Source of the DNA: an uncultured delta proteobacterium
GTDB lineage: Bacteria; Desulfobacterota; Binatia; DP-6
Reading direction: 5' to 3'
DNA length: 64,000 bases
Assembly (NCBI GenBank): GCA_963815115.1
Contig: CAWFFN010000005.1
Location: 1,408,001 to 1,472,000 of the forward strand
Below the pieces are notes generated by a model, which worked only from the letters and a program-made list of their open reading frames with translations, made no database searches and was not told the DNA's origin. A program made the translations under genes and the position numbers. Position 1 is the first letter of the stretch. Each line of letters starts with the position of its first letter. This document shows positions 51,047 through 62,766 of the stretch, piece after piece.

Positions 51047-52132
51047 ATGAAGGGATCCGGCCTCCTCGCGATCGCCTGCCTGGGGCTGCTCGCCACGGGC
51101 TGTGGCGAGCGGCGGCCTTGCGGAGCCGCGCCGGGTGGCGCGTCGAAGTCTGCCGCCCTCGGGCTCCGTCGGGCGGCGGAGAGCGTCGCGGCCATGGAGG
51201 TCCTCGGCCTTCACTGGTCCGCCGATCCGCGGCGTTCGGACGTGCTGCTCCTCGGCTATCCGGACCTGGGGCTCACGCAGATCGCGGGCGCCGAGTCCGC
51301 ATGGCCGGACGACGCGACCGGCCTCCACCACACCTACGCCGAGGACTTCGACGGCGTCGGAGCGACGTGCAACGGCGAGCTCCACTATCTCCTCGAGGGC
51401 CGGCATGCGGAGCTCACGGCACGGATGCTTGCCGCCGATCTCGATGCCCTCCTCGATCTCACCCATCCGGTCGACGTCTACACACACGCCGACTTCGACG
51501 GCCACCCCGATCATGACGAGGTGTCCAGGCAGGTGGCGGCTGCGCTCGCGCGCAGCCGGCGCGGTGCCGTCCTGCACACCACGTTGATCCATCCGCAGGG
51601 CACGGCCGACTGCATGGCGCTGTCCGCTGCGGAGTGGCCCAACCCGCCCCTCGAAGACGACGATCCATTCGCGCGTTTCACTCCCGCGCTCGACGTCGCC
51701 GCGCCGCCGCTGCCGCCGTGCGCGATCCGTCCCGACGGGGCGGCCTGGGGTCCGCTCGGGCCGCCCGACGAGCTCGTGGAGGTCCCGTCGGAGATGCAGG
51801 CGGCGGAGCCCGGCGGCAACCTCAAGTGGCGCGCCATCGCGTGCTACACCTCGCAGGTCGATTGCACGCGGCAGGACGACGGCCACTACCGCGCCTCCTG
51901 CGGATACATGCGGGCGTTCGTCAAGCGCCACGAGTTCTTCTGGACGCGCCGCTTCGGCGACGCGGCAGCCCGCGACGCCGCGGGACCAGTCCTCGTGGTC
52001 GGCGCGCATCCCGACGACGAGGCGCTCGGCGCCGCGGGTGTCATCGTGCGGGCGCGGGCGGCGGGGCGCCGCGTCGTCGTCGCGATCATCACGAACGGCG
52101 AAGGGCGTGCCCGGGCCGCCGCTCCGCGCTGA
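51047..52132 (+). CDS. PIG-L/LmbE-family deacetylase lipoprotein with circularly permuted motif order
   Basis: LATGC lipobox; RRAAES..LG, GYPD and HPDH come first; AHPDDE and TNGE lie at the C-terminus. Confidence 0.75.
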   Translation: MKGSGLLAIACLGLLATGCGERRPCGAAPGGASKSAALGLRRAAESVAAMEVLGLHWSADPRRSDVLLLGYPDLGLTQIAGAESAWPDDATGLHHTYAEDFDGVGATCNGELHYLLEGRHAELTARMLAADLDALLDLTHPVDVYTHADFDGHPDHDEVSRQVAAALARSRRGAVLHTTLIHPQGTADCMALSAAEWPNPPLEDDDPFARFTPALDVAAPPLPPCAIRPDGAAWGPLGPPDELVEVPSEMQAAEPGGNLKWRAIACYTSQVDCTRQDDGHYRASCGYMRAFVKRHEFFWTRRFGDAAARDAAGPVLVVGAHPDDEALGAAGVIVRARAAGRRVVVAIITNGEGRARAAAPR

Positions 52133-52135
52133 GCG

Positions 52136-53587
52136 TCACCACCCGCCGGAGAGCGCGTCGCGCGCCGTGGCGGCGAGCTCGCGCCAGCGTTCGCGCCCGA
52201 GGAGCCGCAACGCGGCGGCATAGACGAGGATGCCGGTGGCGACGAGAACCAGGAGCGCCGTGACGTTCGACGTCGCCACCGCGGGTCGGAGCGCATACAC
52301 GGAGGCCGCCATGAGGAGTGCAGCGCCCGTCGGCGGCGCGAGGCTGCCGGCAAGCTCTCGCACCGAGACGCCGAGAAGGCGGAATGCGGCTGCCAGCGCC
52401 ACCGTGCCCGAGACGACTGTCGCGAGCAGGAGGGCCGAGGCCGCGCCGACGGGCCCGTAGCCCGTGAGGAACCAGAGAGCGGCGGCAAGCGACGGCAGGT
52501 GCACGATGGCGAGACCCGGGATCCATCCCCGGCCGGCCCGCGGCCTTGAAGACGTCCCCCGTGGTCGCCACGAGCGCGTTCACGAGGCCGAAGATCGCGA
52601 AGATCTGGAGCGGCGCTACCATGCCGGCCCAGCGCGGTGGATAGAGCGCGGCGACCAGGACGGGGGCGATCACGAGCAGACCGAGCGATGCGGGCAGTGC
52701 GACGGTGCTGACGGTGCGCAGGACGCGGAGATACGCGGCCTGCAGGCGCGCCGGCTCGTCCCGCACCGCGACGTAGCTGGGAAAGGCCACCTGGTTCACG
52801 GTCGTCCCGAGTGCCTGCGATGGCAGGCGACCCCAGCGGAAGGCCGTCCCGTAGAGACCGAGGGCCTCGGCGCCGAGCCAGCGGCCCACGACGATGTTGT
52901 CGAGGTACGAGCCGAACAGGCCGAGAAGGTTCCCGGCCACCATGTGTCGCCCGAAGCGCGCCATCTCGCGGAACCGCACCCACGCGAAGCGCCCGAGCGG
53001 CTTCCACGGCGCGAGCCACCAGGCTGCCACACCCGTGACCGTTGCGCGTGCCAGTTGAGCGCCGACGAGGGACCAGTAACCCGCCCCGCGCAGCGCGAGG
53101 CCGATCCCGAAGAGCCCTCGGTCAGCGCCGCGGCGATGGCCACGGTGGCCTTCGTGCGGAAGGCGAGCTCCTTGGAGATGACGGCGAGCGGCGCGACGGC
53201 CAGGCCGTTGAGGACGAAGACGAGCGCCAGGACGCGCATGACCGGCACGACGTCCTGCCGCCCGAAGAGCGCGCCCGCCAGCGGCGCCGCGAGCACGGCC
53301 AGGGCGGCAACACCGAGCCCCGTGACCGGCGTGCTCCAGGCGATCGTGGCCGCCGACTCGCGCATCGCGTCCTTCCGCGCCACGAACGCCGGCAGGAGCC
53401 CAGAGTCGTGGAACGGGCCGACGAAGGCGAGCAGCAGGTTGGCCATCGCGACCAGTCCGAAGTCCTGCGGCGAGAGGACACGCGCGAGGAGCACGTTGCT
53501 CGCCATCGCGATCAGCTGCGTGGTACCGAAGGAGAAGGCGATCCACGCCGCGCCGCGGGCGGCGCGACGACCGAGCGCCGGGGTCAC
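52136..53587 (-). CDS. wzx: Polysaccharide flippase (Wzx, PST family), frameshifted
   Basis: LARVLSPQDFGLVA, KELAF, DNIVVGRWLG.EALGLY, QVAFP. Confidence 0.85.
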
Positions 53588-53613
53588 GGATGCCGGAGCG
53601 GCCTCGCGCGATG

Positions 53614-54895
53614 CTAGACGAGTCGTTTGAATACGGCCTCCAGCTGCCCTGCCGTCGCATCCCAGGAGTGGCGCGAAGCCTCGGCACGGGCGCGGCCCGC
53701 CAGCGCCTGGCGCGCCGCCGGCGACGACAGGAGGGATGCGACGCATCGGCGAGCGCAGGATGATCTCCGGGCGGGACGAGGATGCCGGCGTCCCCGACGA
53801 GCTCGGGCGTTGCGCCGCTACGGGTCGCCACCACGGGAAGGTCCATGGCGAGTGCCTCGAGCACTGGAAGCCCGCACGGCTCGGGGGCGAGCGAGGGGGA
53901 CACGAAGACGTCTGCGGCGGCGAGCAGGCGCCTCACCTCCGCGGGCGCGAGGGCGCCGAGCAGTCGCACGTCGGCGCCGGCTGCCCCGCCCGCCACGCGC
54001 TCGGCGTACTTCGGCACCAGCGCTTCGAGCTCGCGCCAGCCGGCGGCGCGCGCGCGCCCGGGACGCTCGTAGGCACCGCCCAGTTGCCCCACCATCGCCA
54101 CGACGGGCCGCAGGCCGCGTTCGGCCAGCAGGGCCGCAGCCGCGGCCAGCACGTGCTGACCCTTCTCCGGTGCGACCCGCCCCACGACGAGGACGAGCGG
54201 CCGATCACGTGCATCGAGGCGCTCGCGCCACCATGCGACCTCGTCTCCTTCGGCCGCGGCGACGGCGGAGCGGCCCGGAAACGCCCTCAGGTCCACGCCG
54301 TTGCGCACGGTGAAGGTCCGCTCCGCGAGCCGCGGTTCCGCCGCGATGACGGCGTCGCGAACGTAGTCGCTCACGGTGGTGACCGCGTCGGCGCGAAGGA
54401 GACGCCGCGCGAGCCGCGGGTGATCGTCCACCCAGACCGCGTGCAGCAGTGTGACGAGCGCGGTCCCCCGGGCGAGCAGCCGTGCGGGCAGCAGGTTCGC
54501 GAACTCATGGGTCACCTGGATCGCCTGCACCCCGGCGCGCCGCAGCGTCTCGACCCCGCGCAGAAGGTGCCAGGGATGGTGGCGCCGAGCGGACCACCGG
54601 GTCCGTCCCAGCGGTACGAGGCGGCGGAGCACCGGGTCGAGCCGGTCGGGACGGCGACGACGTCGATGCCGTCGGCCGTGGTGGCGGTGGCTTCCGCGCA
54701 CGCCACCGTGACGGACGCGCCGCGGCGCCGCAGCGCCTGGGCGGTGTTCCAGACGACGGCGTCGAGCGAGGAGTAGGACGCGTCGGCGCTCGGCAGCCGC
54801 GACTTCCACGAGCCGAGGAGGCCGACACGGAGCGGAGCGGTTGCCTCCGGCACCGGCGCTCCCCGTGCCCCGACCTGATCCGACCCAGACGTCAT
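53614..54895 (-). CDS. GT4 glycosyltransferase, frameshifted
   Basis: VRNGVD, GRVAPEKG, EPCGLPVLEALA. Confidence 0.85.
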
Positions 54896-56244
54896 CGAGC
54901 CACACCCGCGGCTGACGCTCGTCGGCTGGGGTGCGTCCCGTCGCGCTCGGCCCGTTCCAGCGCACTCGCGACCACATCGGCCACGACCGCGTGACCCGCC
55001 GGATTCCAATGGCCGTCCTTGGGGAAGTAGAGACCGTCGTCCCGGCGAGCGCGCAAGATGGGCAGCAGGTTGACGAAGGGGACCTGCTCGGTGCGTGCGA
55101 ACGCCCGTAGCCGATCGGCGAACGTGGTGTCGGTGAGCGCGCGGTCGTCCCACGCGAAGCCGAGCGACTCGAGGTAGGGCCTGGCCGCTGCCGTCACCTG
55201 CTGCGCCGCGGGCGCGAAGACCAGCACGGGCCGCGCACCCGCGTCGCGCGCGAGCGTGACGATGCGAGCGAGGTCACGTGTGACGTCGTCCCACGCTGCG
55301 TCGTACCGCCGCGGTAGCAACGCCGCATCGGCGAAGAGCCGCGGCTGCACGAGCGCCATGACCCGGAGGTAGGGCTCCGTCGCGGCGTCGTCGTCGAGCG
55401 GAACGGTTCCCTCCAGGACGGGTCGGAGCGCGTTCAGCTGGCTGGCCGGCATGGTTGCGACGGCGTCCTGGACCGTCTCGCGCCGCCCGTAGCGGTCCGC
55501 CAGCGCCAGCAGAACGGCTTTGGCCGTGTCCTTGGCTGGAGATGGCGCAGCCGCGGTGGTGTCGGGATGGAGACCCTCGGCCTGTGCGTGCGCGGAGCCG
55601 GGGCGCAGGGCCTCCAGCCTGTTCCACACGAACGGGTAGAACGCCGGGAACAAGGCGCGGGGGATGCGCGTCCACGTGGGAGACGGTTCCAGCACTGCGC
55701 GGCGAGCATCCACGAGGACACGAGACGCGAACTGCACCCCGAATTCGCGCTGCACCCAGCGATCCTGGACGTCGTTCGCCATGACCGTCACGATCACCAT
55801 GTCGGGCTCGTACGCCAGCCCGGGATCCTGCAGGTGGCCCACGTAGTCCCGCGGATTCGCCCCCGGGACGCCGAGATTCACCACCTCGTGCCGTCCTCCG
55901 TCTCGCGCGTCGAGCACGGCCTCCAGGCGCCGAGGCCACGCGTCGTGCTCCGCGACGCCGTATCCCTGTGTGAAGGAATCGCCCAGCGCGATCACCCGCA
56001 GCACGCCTGGCGGCTTGGGCGACGGCAACCGGCGCTCGCGGAATCCGAGCGCATTCAGCCGCACGTCGACCGAGAACTCCGCGTGCTCGATACGCCGCTC
56101 CTCGTTCGGGTGGCCCCGTGCCGGGGTGTAGGTCAGGTCGAAGAACGCGATCGCTCGGTCGAGCACCGCCACGGTGAGCAGGATGCTCAGCAGCACGGCT
56201 GCGAACCGTACAGACACGGCCGCGACGCGTCCGGTGACGGTCAC
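54892..56244 (-). CDS. SGNH-hydrolase-family protein (AlgX/AlgJ-like polysaccharide O-acetyl modifier)
   Basis: N-terminal TM, LGDSFTQG, NLGVPG, ND, DGHWN..GH. Confidence 0.82.
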   Translation of the reverse strand: MTVTGRVAAVSVRFAAVLLSILLTVAVLDRAIAFFDLTYTPARGHPNEERRIEHAEFSVDVRLNALGFRERRLPSPKPPGVLRVIALGDSFTQGYGVAEHDAWPRRLEAVLDARDGGRHEVVNLGVPGANPRDYVGHLQDPGLAYEPDMVIVTVMANDVQDRWVQREFGVQFASRVLVDARRAVLEPSPTWTRIPRALFPAFYPFVWNRLEALRPGSAHAQAEGLHPDTTAAAPSPAKDTAKAVLLALADRYGRRETVQDAVATMPASQLNALRPVLEGTVPLDDDAATEPYLRVMALVQPRLFADAALLPRRYDAAWDDVTRDLARIVTLARDAGARPVLVFAPAAQQVTAAARPYLESLGFAWDDRALTDTTFADRLRAFARTEQVPFVNLLPILRARRDDGLYFPKDGHWNPAGHAVVADVVASALERAERDGTHPSRRASAAGVAR

Positions 56245-56433
56245 GTCAGCGCCCTTGCTGGATCGGGTCCGCCATGCGCAGCCGTAGTCTCAGTCCAGAC
56301 ATGTGAACCCGCGCCGCCTGGGCCGAGGTCGCCAGCTGGACCACGATTGCGTGAGATGCGTTGACAACGTTCTCGGAGGGTCGCTTAGTGTTCGACGACG
56401 GCCAGGCCGTTCGGTTCGCCGCCTCGCCACCTG

Positions 56434-58111
56434 ATGGCCCAGATCATGTTCGGCGCCCGCACCATGCTCGCGCTCTCGCTGGCGATCGCCGTGCTCGGCG
56501 GCCCGTGGGCAGCACGGGCCGGCGGCGCATCGCCGGTCGCCGAGGGCGCCACCTACTTCTCTCGCCCACGGGGGACGACTCGAACCCAGGTACGACCCCC
56601 GATCGCCCCTGGCAGCACTTCGAGAAGGTGCTGAACGCCTCCAGGCCTCTGCGTGCCGGTGACACGGTCGTCCTCCTCGACGGCACCTACACGCGTCAAA
56701 CGACCGGGCTGCCCCACGTGGACTGCCGCACCGACGGGAACGCGCGGAACGGGACGCCGGGTCGGCCCATCATCGTACGCGCGCAGAACGAACGACGGGC
56801 CTTCCTCCAATCGGATGGCGACGCTCCAGGGTTCGCCATGGAAGGGTGCAGCTGGTGGCGCGTCGAGGGACTTCGGGCGGCGAGCCGGGACGCCGATGCG
56901 CCGCAGGCGGGTGGCTACCCGGTGCGTCTCTCCAAAGTCGATCACGTCACGCTGAAACGGCTGCTCGGTTCCCACAACAATCGGCGGCAGAACACGCACG
57001 TCTTCGCCGTCGAGGACAGCACGAACGTACTGCTCGAGGAGTGCGAAGCCTACTTCTTCCACCGCCACGCGTTCAGCATCTGGCGCTCGCGGTTCGTCAC
57101 GGTCCGGCGGTGCTATGCGAACTCGATGCGGTACGGGGAGCGTGGCTGCTGCAGCACGATCGACAATCGTGCGTATGGTGACGAGGCATTCTCGCTCTAC
57201 GGAACGTCGGACAGCATCGTCGAGAACAGTATCAGCGAGAACGAAGCGAACGGCTTCCAGATTCACGGCATCGCGAACCCCCTCGACCCGTCCGGGAGCG
57301 GGGGACGAGACAATCGGACCTGGGCAGCGTGTCCCTGGACGACTCCGTGCCCCTGCTCGTGTCCTCCCGGATGGTCGACGGCACGTACCGCAACGCCGGG
57401 GGGAACGAGATACGCGACTTCATCGCCGCGAGCATGAGCGGCGCTGGCATCTACCTGCGCGGAGCGACCGGAACGCTCGTCGAGCACGCGACGCTGTACG
57501 GCTCGGGTGGACCGGGTGGCCTCGTCGCCGACGGTGGCGATCCGGGGCTTGGCGGGTCGTGCGGTTCGAGCAATTCGGAGGGATGCAGTCTGATCGCTCG
57601 CTACGTGCTGTCGCTGGGCCACAAGCACGGCCACGGCTTCCTGGTGTCGGGGTACGAGAACTGGCTCATCGAGTGGTCGAACGCCTCGGGGAACCGGGTC
57701 GACTACGGGTCGCCGGAGCCCCTCGACGATGACGCCGGCCACATCAGGCGTTCCCGAACGGTCGACGCACCCGAGATGGGTCTGGGCGACGCGCAGTGTC
57801 TGATCCGGGTTCCCGAGAGCTCGACGCTGAAGAACGCTGCCAGCGGGGCGCACGACGTCGGCGCCACGATCCTCGATCGCTACACCGACGGAAAGCTCAC
57901 CCCGCAGGCCCTCTGGGACCCTGCCACCGGAGCTTTCCCGTGCGGCGCCGTGGTGGCGGGCATCAACGACGGCCCGATCCGGTGCACGAACGTCCACGAA
58001 CGCCTCCACGTCAATGCGCATGGCTGTCGTCCGCAAGCATCGGCTGCGAGCGAAGCCCCACCGGAAGCTGGTGACGATGCAGATGCCGGAGGATCGCGCG
58101 GTAGCCGGTGA
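56434..58111 (+). CDS. Secreted parallel beta-helix protein (polysaccharide-lyase-like), frameshifted
   Basis: SPTGDDSNPGT..PW, GDTVVLLDGTY, GTPGRPIIVRA, beta-helix repeats. Confidence 0.7.
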
Positions 58112-60010
58112 GCGCGCCGCGGAGGCCGCGGGCGGCCGGATCGCGCAGAATGAGTAGCATCGCACCGAGGGACGACCAGGCGTACACGATCCAGTCGACG
58201 GGACCGCGCGCCAGGTGTTCCCGGAAGAACAGGTAGCGATTGAACACCGCCATCGCTTGATGCTCGTCGCGCAGCGGCCGACCTCCTCCGGCGTGCCGAT
58301 GCTCCAGCCGAGCCTCCGGCGTGAGCACGAGCTTCCAGCGGCGAGACACCCGGTAGGAGAATTGAAGGTCCTCACCGAGCGCGTAGCCACCCAGTCGCTC
58401 GTCGAAGCTCAGGGCGTGAAGCACCTCGCGCCGGTACGCCATGTTGCAGCCGGAAAGGCATTCGACCTCCATCCTCGAGCGCGGGGAGAACACGTAGTCG
58501 GGACGTCCCGACCGTTTCACGACACCGCGGCCGTAGGTGTCGAGGAGGAAGAGCCGGCACGCCGTCCGTCGGAGAAACCCTTCACGCGGGGTCGGATCCG
58601 GAACCTGCGCCCCGCCCGCTCCGCCGATCTGTCCGGTGCGATCCTCCTCGAACGTGCGTGCAACCGCTGCCAGGTACGCCGGCTCCAGGATGACGTCGTC
58701 GTCGAGATAGACGAGAACCGAGCCGGTCGTGGTACGCGTCCCGAGATTCCGTTGGCGAGGGAGCCCGGGTAGCGAGCCGATCAGCGCGACCCGGCAGCCC
58801 GGCATGCCTCCGGCGAGGCGGTCGGCCGCGTCCCGGGCCGGCGTCGCGCTGGCATCCACGATCACGATTTCCTCTGGACGCCGGGTCTGGGACCGAAGTG
58901 ACGCGAGACACGCGGCCAGTAGCTCGGGGCGGTCCTTGGTGCAGATGACGATGGAGAGGGTGACGGGGCGGGGGCTGGTGCCGGACTCGCCGGCCGTTTG
59001 AGCCAGGTTGTTCGGGGGCCCGACCGCGTCTCCGATTGCCCCCCGCAGCAGACCGAGGCCGTACGCGAGGTGCATGCCGGCCACGGCGCCCGGCAGCAGC
59101 AGCCGCTCCCGCCAGCGCGCGCCCCGTGCGGCGCACGAGGCCCCGACGAGGACGGCGCCCACGCGCCCGCGAGCAGCGCCAGCGCGGCGTGCGCCGCCGG
59201 GACGACGGTACCGGCCACCGCGAGCCCCGCGAACGCGACGACGAGCGCACTCGGCGCGAGGTGGCGCGGCGCCAAGAAGTCGGGGTGCTTGCGCAACACG
59301 CGCATCCTGCCGCGGCCGTAGTTCCAGTACTGCCTCCACAGGCCCGCGAGCGATGCGCGCGGACGGTAGAGCTGGCGCAGCGCTGGGCACAGCATCACCT
59401 GGAAGCCACGGCGCCCCAGGCGCCAGTTGAGCTCCTCGTCCTCGCCATACGCCATGGCGGGGTCGAATCCACCGACGGACAGGAGCGCCTCGCGCCGGTA
59501 TGCGCCGCACTGCACGGTGCGGACTGGATGGTCATGTGGAAGACGGTCCGCGCCGTAGCCGCCCCCCACGCCGAGGCGTGAGGAGCGCGCGAGACCGGCC
59601 ACGCGCTCGCGCAGCGTCTCACCGACGGGCAGGAACGCCCCACCCACGGCGGCCGCCTCGGGATGGCGGTTGAGGGCCGCCACGACCTCGGCGACGTAGC
59701 CTCGATCGAGATGGCTGTGTGCGTCGACGCGCGCGACGATCTCTCCGCGCGCGGCCCGAACTCCGGCGTTCATGGCCTCGGCGTGGTTGACCGCCTGGGA
59801 GAGGAGCACGTCGACGCGGGGGTCGCGCGCCGCCCACGCCTCGGCGACTGCGCGCGTGCGGTCGCGCGACCCGTTCTCCACCACGACGACCTGCAGCCGG
59901 TCGCGGGGCCAGCGCTGTGCCGTGATCGAGGCGAGGCAGAGGTCGAGGGATCGCTCCTCGTCCCGAGCCGGCACCACCACGGACACGAACGGCTGCTGCT
60001 CGGCGTTCAT
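58011..60010 (-). CDS. Tandem GT2-GT2 glycosyltransferase (ExoA-like plus second GT2), one frameshift near 59160
   Basis: VSVVVPARDE, RVDAH, GEDEELN, QYWNYG; then SIVICTKDR, YLDDD, GCNMAYR, GED. Confidence 0.75.
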
Positions 60011-60710
60011 CGAGGGCGCTCCAGCAGCGCCGCCCAGTGTGTCCGCAGCGGCGGGAGGCGGCGAGCACGGGATAGAGCAGCGGCGTGAGAGAATGAAGGT
60101 GGCGGGCGAGTGGCGGCAGCAACGTGACCAGCCGGAAGGTTCCAGGCCACCCGGGAAACAGCCCGCGGACGGACCGTCGCGACATCGCCCGCACGTGCGG
60201 GTTCCGCGGGTTGCCGACGCGGAAATCGTACCAGAGGAGCGCGCCGCCCGGTCGGAGCACGCGTCGCACTTCGCCCGCTGCCTGCCGTGCGACCCCGTCG
60301 TCGAGGACCGAGGTGAACAGCGTGAAGCAGAGCGCGAGATCGAAGCTGGCGTCGCGGTAGGGGAGGGCCGTGGCATCGGCGACGTCGAAGGCGAGCTCGG
60401 GCCAGCGAGCATGCGCGCGCACGACGGCGTCGGTCCGGACGTCGATGCCAATGAGGCGAGCGGGCAGGGCGCCCCAGCGAACGAGGCCGGCCAGCACCTC
60501 GCCGTCCCCGCAGCCGAGGTCGAGCACGCGTCGGCTGCCGAGCGGCAGGCGCCCGGACCCCTCGAGCAACCCGGCGAGTACGCGTGTGCGCTCGTCCGCC
60601 ATGGCGCGATTGCCGGGATGGTTCGCCGCCCACTCCCGCGCGCCGCGCCCACGCTCCGCGTACCCGCGGTAGACGCGCCGCACCCGGGCGATCTCGTTTG
60701 CCACAGCCAT
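60007..60710 (-). CDS. Class I SAM-dependent methyltransferase (frameshift near 3' end)
   Basis: VLDLGCGDG, LPY.DASFD, RVLRPGG. Confidence 0.85.
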
Positions 60711-62766
60711 CACGCCACCGCCGCGGGTGTACCCGTCGGGTCGAGTCCGCTCGCATCCTCGGTCCACCCGAGTGCCGTCCGGGCGTGCGTGCAGTCGAAT
60801 CGGAGCCGCGCGCCGGCGGCGCGCATGCGGTAGGGTGTGATCGGCGACTCGCGTCCCAGGAGGCGAGCGAGTGCCGCGGCCGCGACGGCGCCGGCGCGCA
60901 CGAGAGGTTCGGGAATGCGCCGCACGCGAAGGCGACGGTCGCGCGCAAGGCGGGTCGCGAGCGTGCCCGCCGTCGTCGTCTGGTCGCTCACCACGTGGAG
61001 CACCGTGCCGGGCTCGAGCGCCGGAACGGAGCCGGCGCGGACGATCAGCTCGGCCGCGTCGTGCACCGAGATCAGCGGCGGGGCACCGGCGGGGTCTCCG
61101 AAGAACACGAGCTGCCGTCCGATCACGACGGCGTTGAGCGCGTCGATCCCGGGTCCGTCCGGGCCGACGAGGATCCCCGGGCGGACGATCACGGCGCGCA
61201 GCCCCCGTTCCCGCACCGCGTCGAGCACGAGCCGCTCGGCGAGCAGCTTGGCCCGCGTGTAGGCTCCACGCGCTTCGGGTCTCGGCTCGAGCGGCGCCTC
61301 CTCGGTGACGAGCGCATCATCGAGCGCGCCCCAGTCGAGGACGGAGAGCGAGCTCACGTGGACCAGCCGCGCGACGCGGTGCCGCAGGACACTGTCGACC
61401 ACGTGCTGCGCTCCCGCCACCGTGCCGCGTGCATGCTCCGCCCACGGTCCGTGCAGCGCGGCGCCGGCATGATAGACCGCCCGCACGCCCGCCACGGCGG
61501 CGTCGACTGCGACCGCGTCCCCGAGGTCGCCGAGGACGATGTCCACTCGGGGGTGGCGGAGCGGCCCGTCCGTGGGCGGCCGGCGGCAGAGGGCACGCAC
61601 GCGCTGGCCGCGCGCCACGAGCTGCTCCACGAGCTGGCGGCCGAGCCGGCCGGTCGCGCCGGTCACCAGCGCGTCGGCGCCGGCACGAGGACGTCGTGCC
61701 TGCTCGCGCAGCCGCTTGGCCGCGTCGGCGAGCCGGGCTGCCTCCTCGACCCAGCGCACCACGCGACGGCCGTCCTCGAGCGATGCGGGCATCGGCGTGC
61801 CGTCGGCCAGCGCGACGTAGAACCGTTCCACGGCGTGCCGCAGCCCCGCATACGGCCGCAGCCTCCCCGACACCCAGCGCAAGCCGTTCGCGGGTACCGA
61901 GCGCAGTGCGGGCCAGCCCTCGCGGAGGGCCCCGGCGGCACGGTCGAGCGCGTGGGGCAGGCCGCTGGCGCGCCGGACGGTCGCGAACATCGATCCCACG
62001 TCGGCACGCAGCGTGCCTCCGGTCGCGTGCACCGTGAAGACGGTCTGCAAGGGCCGGACGCTCCAGGATAGCCGCACGTGTCCGACCCCGCGCTCGCAGA
62101 GCACCACCACGTGCCACTCGTCGAAGCACAGGTTCGGGTCGCCGCCTCGTGACACGAAGACGGGCTCCACGCCCTCGATCTCGCCGAGCACTGCACGCAG
62201 CAGGTAGAGCCCGTGCACACCGAGGTCGCGGAACGGGTTGCCACCGTCGCGGTAGTGTTCGGGCGGCGGGCCCTCCTGCCACGACGGATAGGCCGCGCTG
62301 CAGAAGTACTCGGCGCTCACGGCTGCCCGACGCGACCGGCGGCGACGGCGTCGAGCACGTGGCGCACCTGCGGATCGGCGAGCAGCGAGTGATTCACGCC
62401 GACGCGACGACCGCGCAGCGAGGCGACCTGGGCGAGGTGCATGCAGTCGGCCTCACTGGTCGCGAGCGGCTTCTCGACCAGCACGTGGCAGTCGCGCTCG
62501 AGGGCCTCGAGCGCGACCTGCGCGTGCGTGTGGGGCGGGGTGAGGACGTGGACCACGTCGATGCCGGCGGCGACCATGGATTCGAGGTCTGGAAAGACGC
62601 GGACGCCGCGGGCACGGGCCGCGAAGTCGCGCGCCCGCGCCGCGTCGCGGTCGGTGACGCCCACCAGCACGGCGCCGGGGAACCGCGTCAGGGCGTCGAG
62701 GTGTACTCTGGCGATCGCGCCGGTGCCGACGAAGCCGACGCGGAACGGTCTCGGTGGCTGCCTCAT
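60710..62766 (-). CDS. Gfo/Idh/MocA oxidoreductase fused to an NAD-dependent epimerase/dehydratase (frame break near 62318)
   Basis: VGTGAIA, LTPP..H, VEKP, DLGVH; second domain VTGATGRLG, HVSS, YTRAK. Confidence 0.8.
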
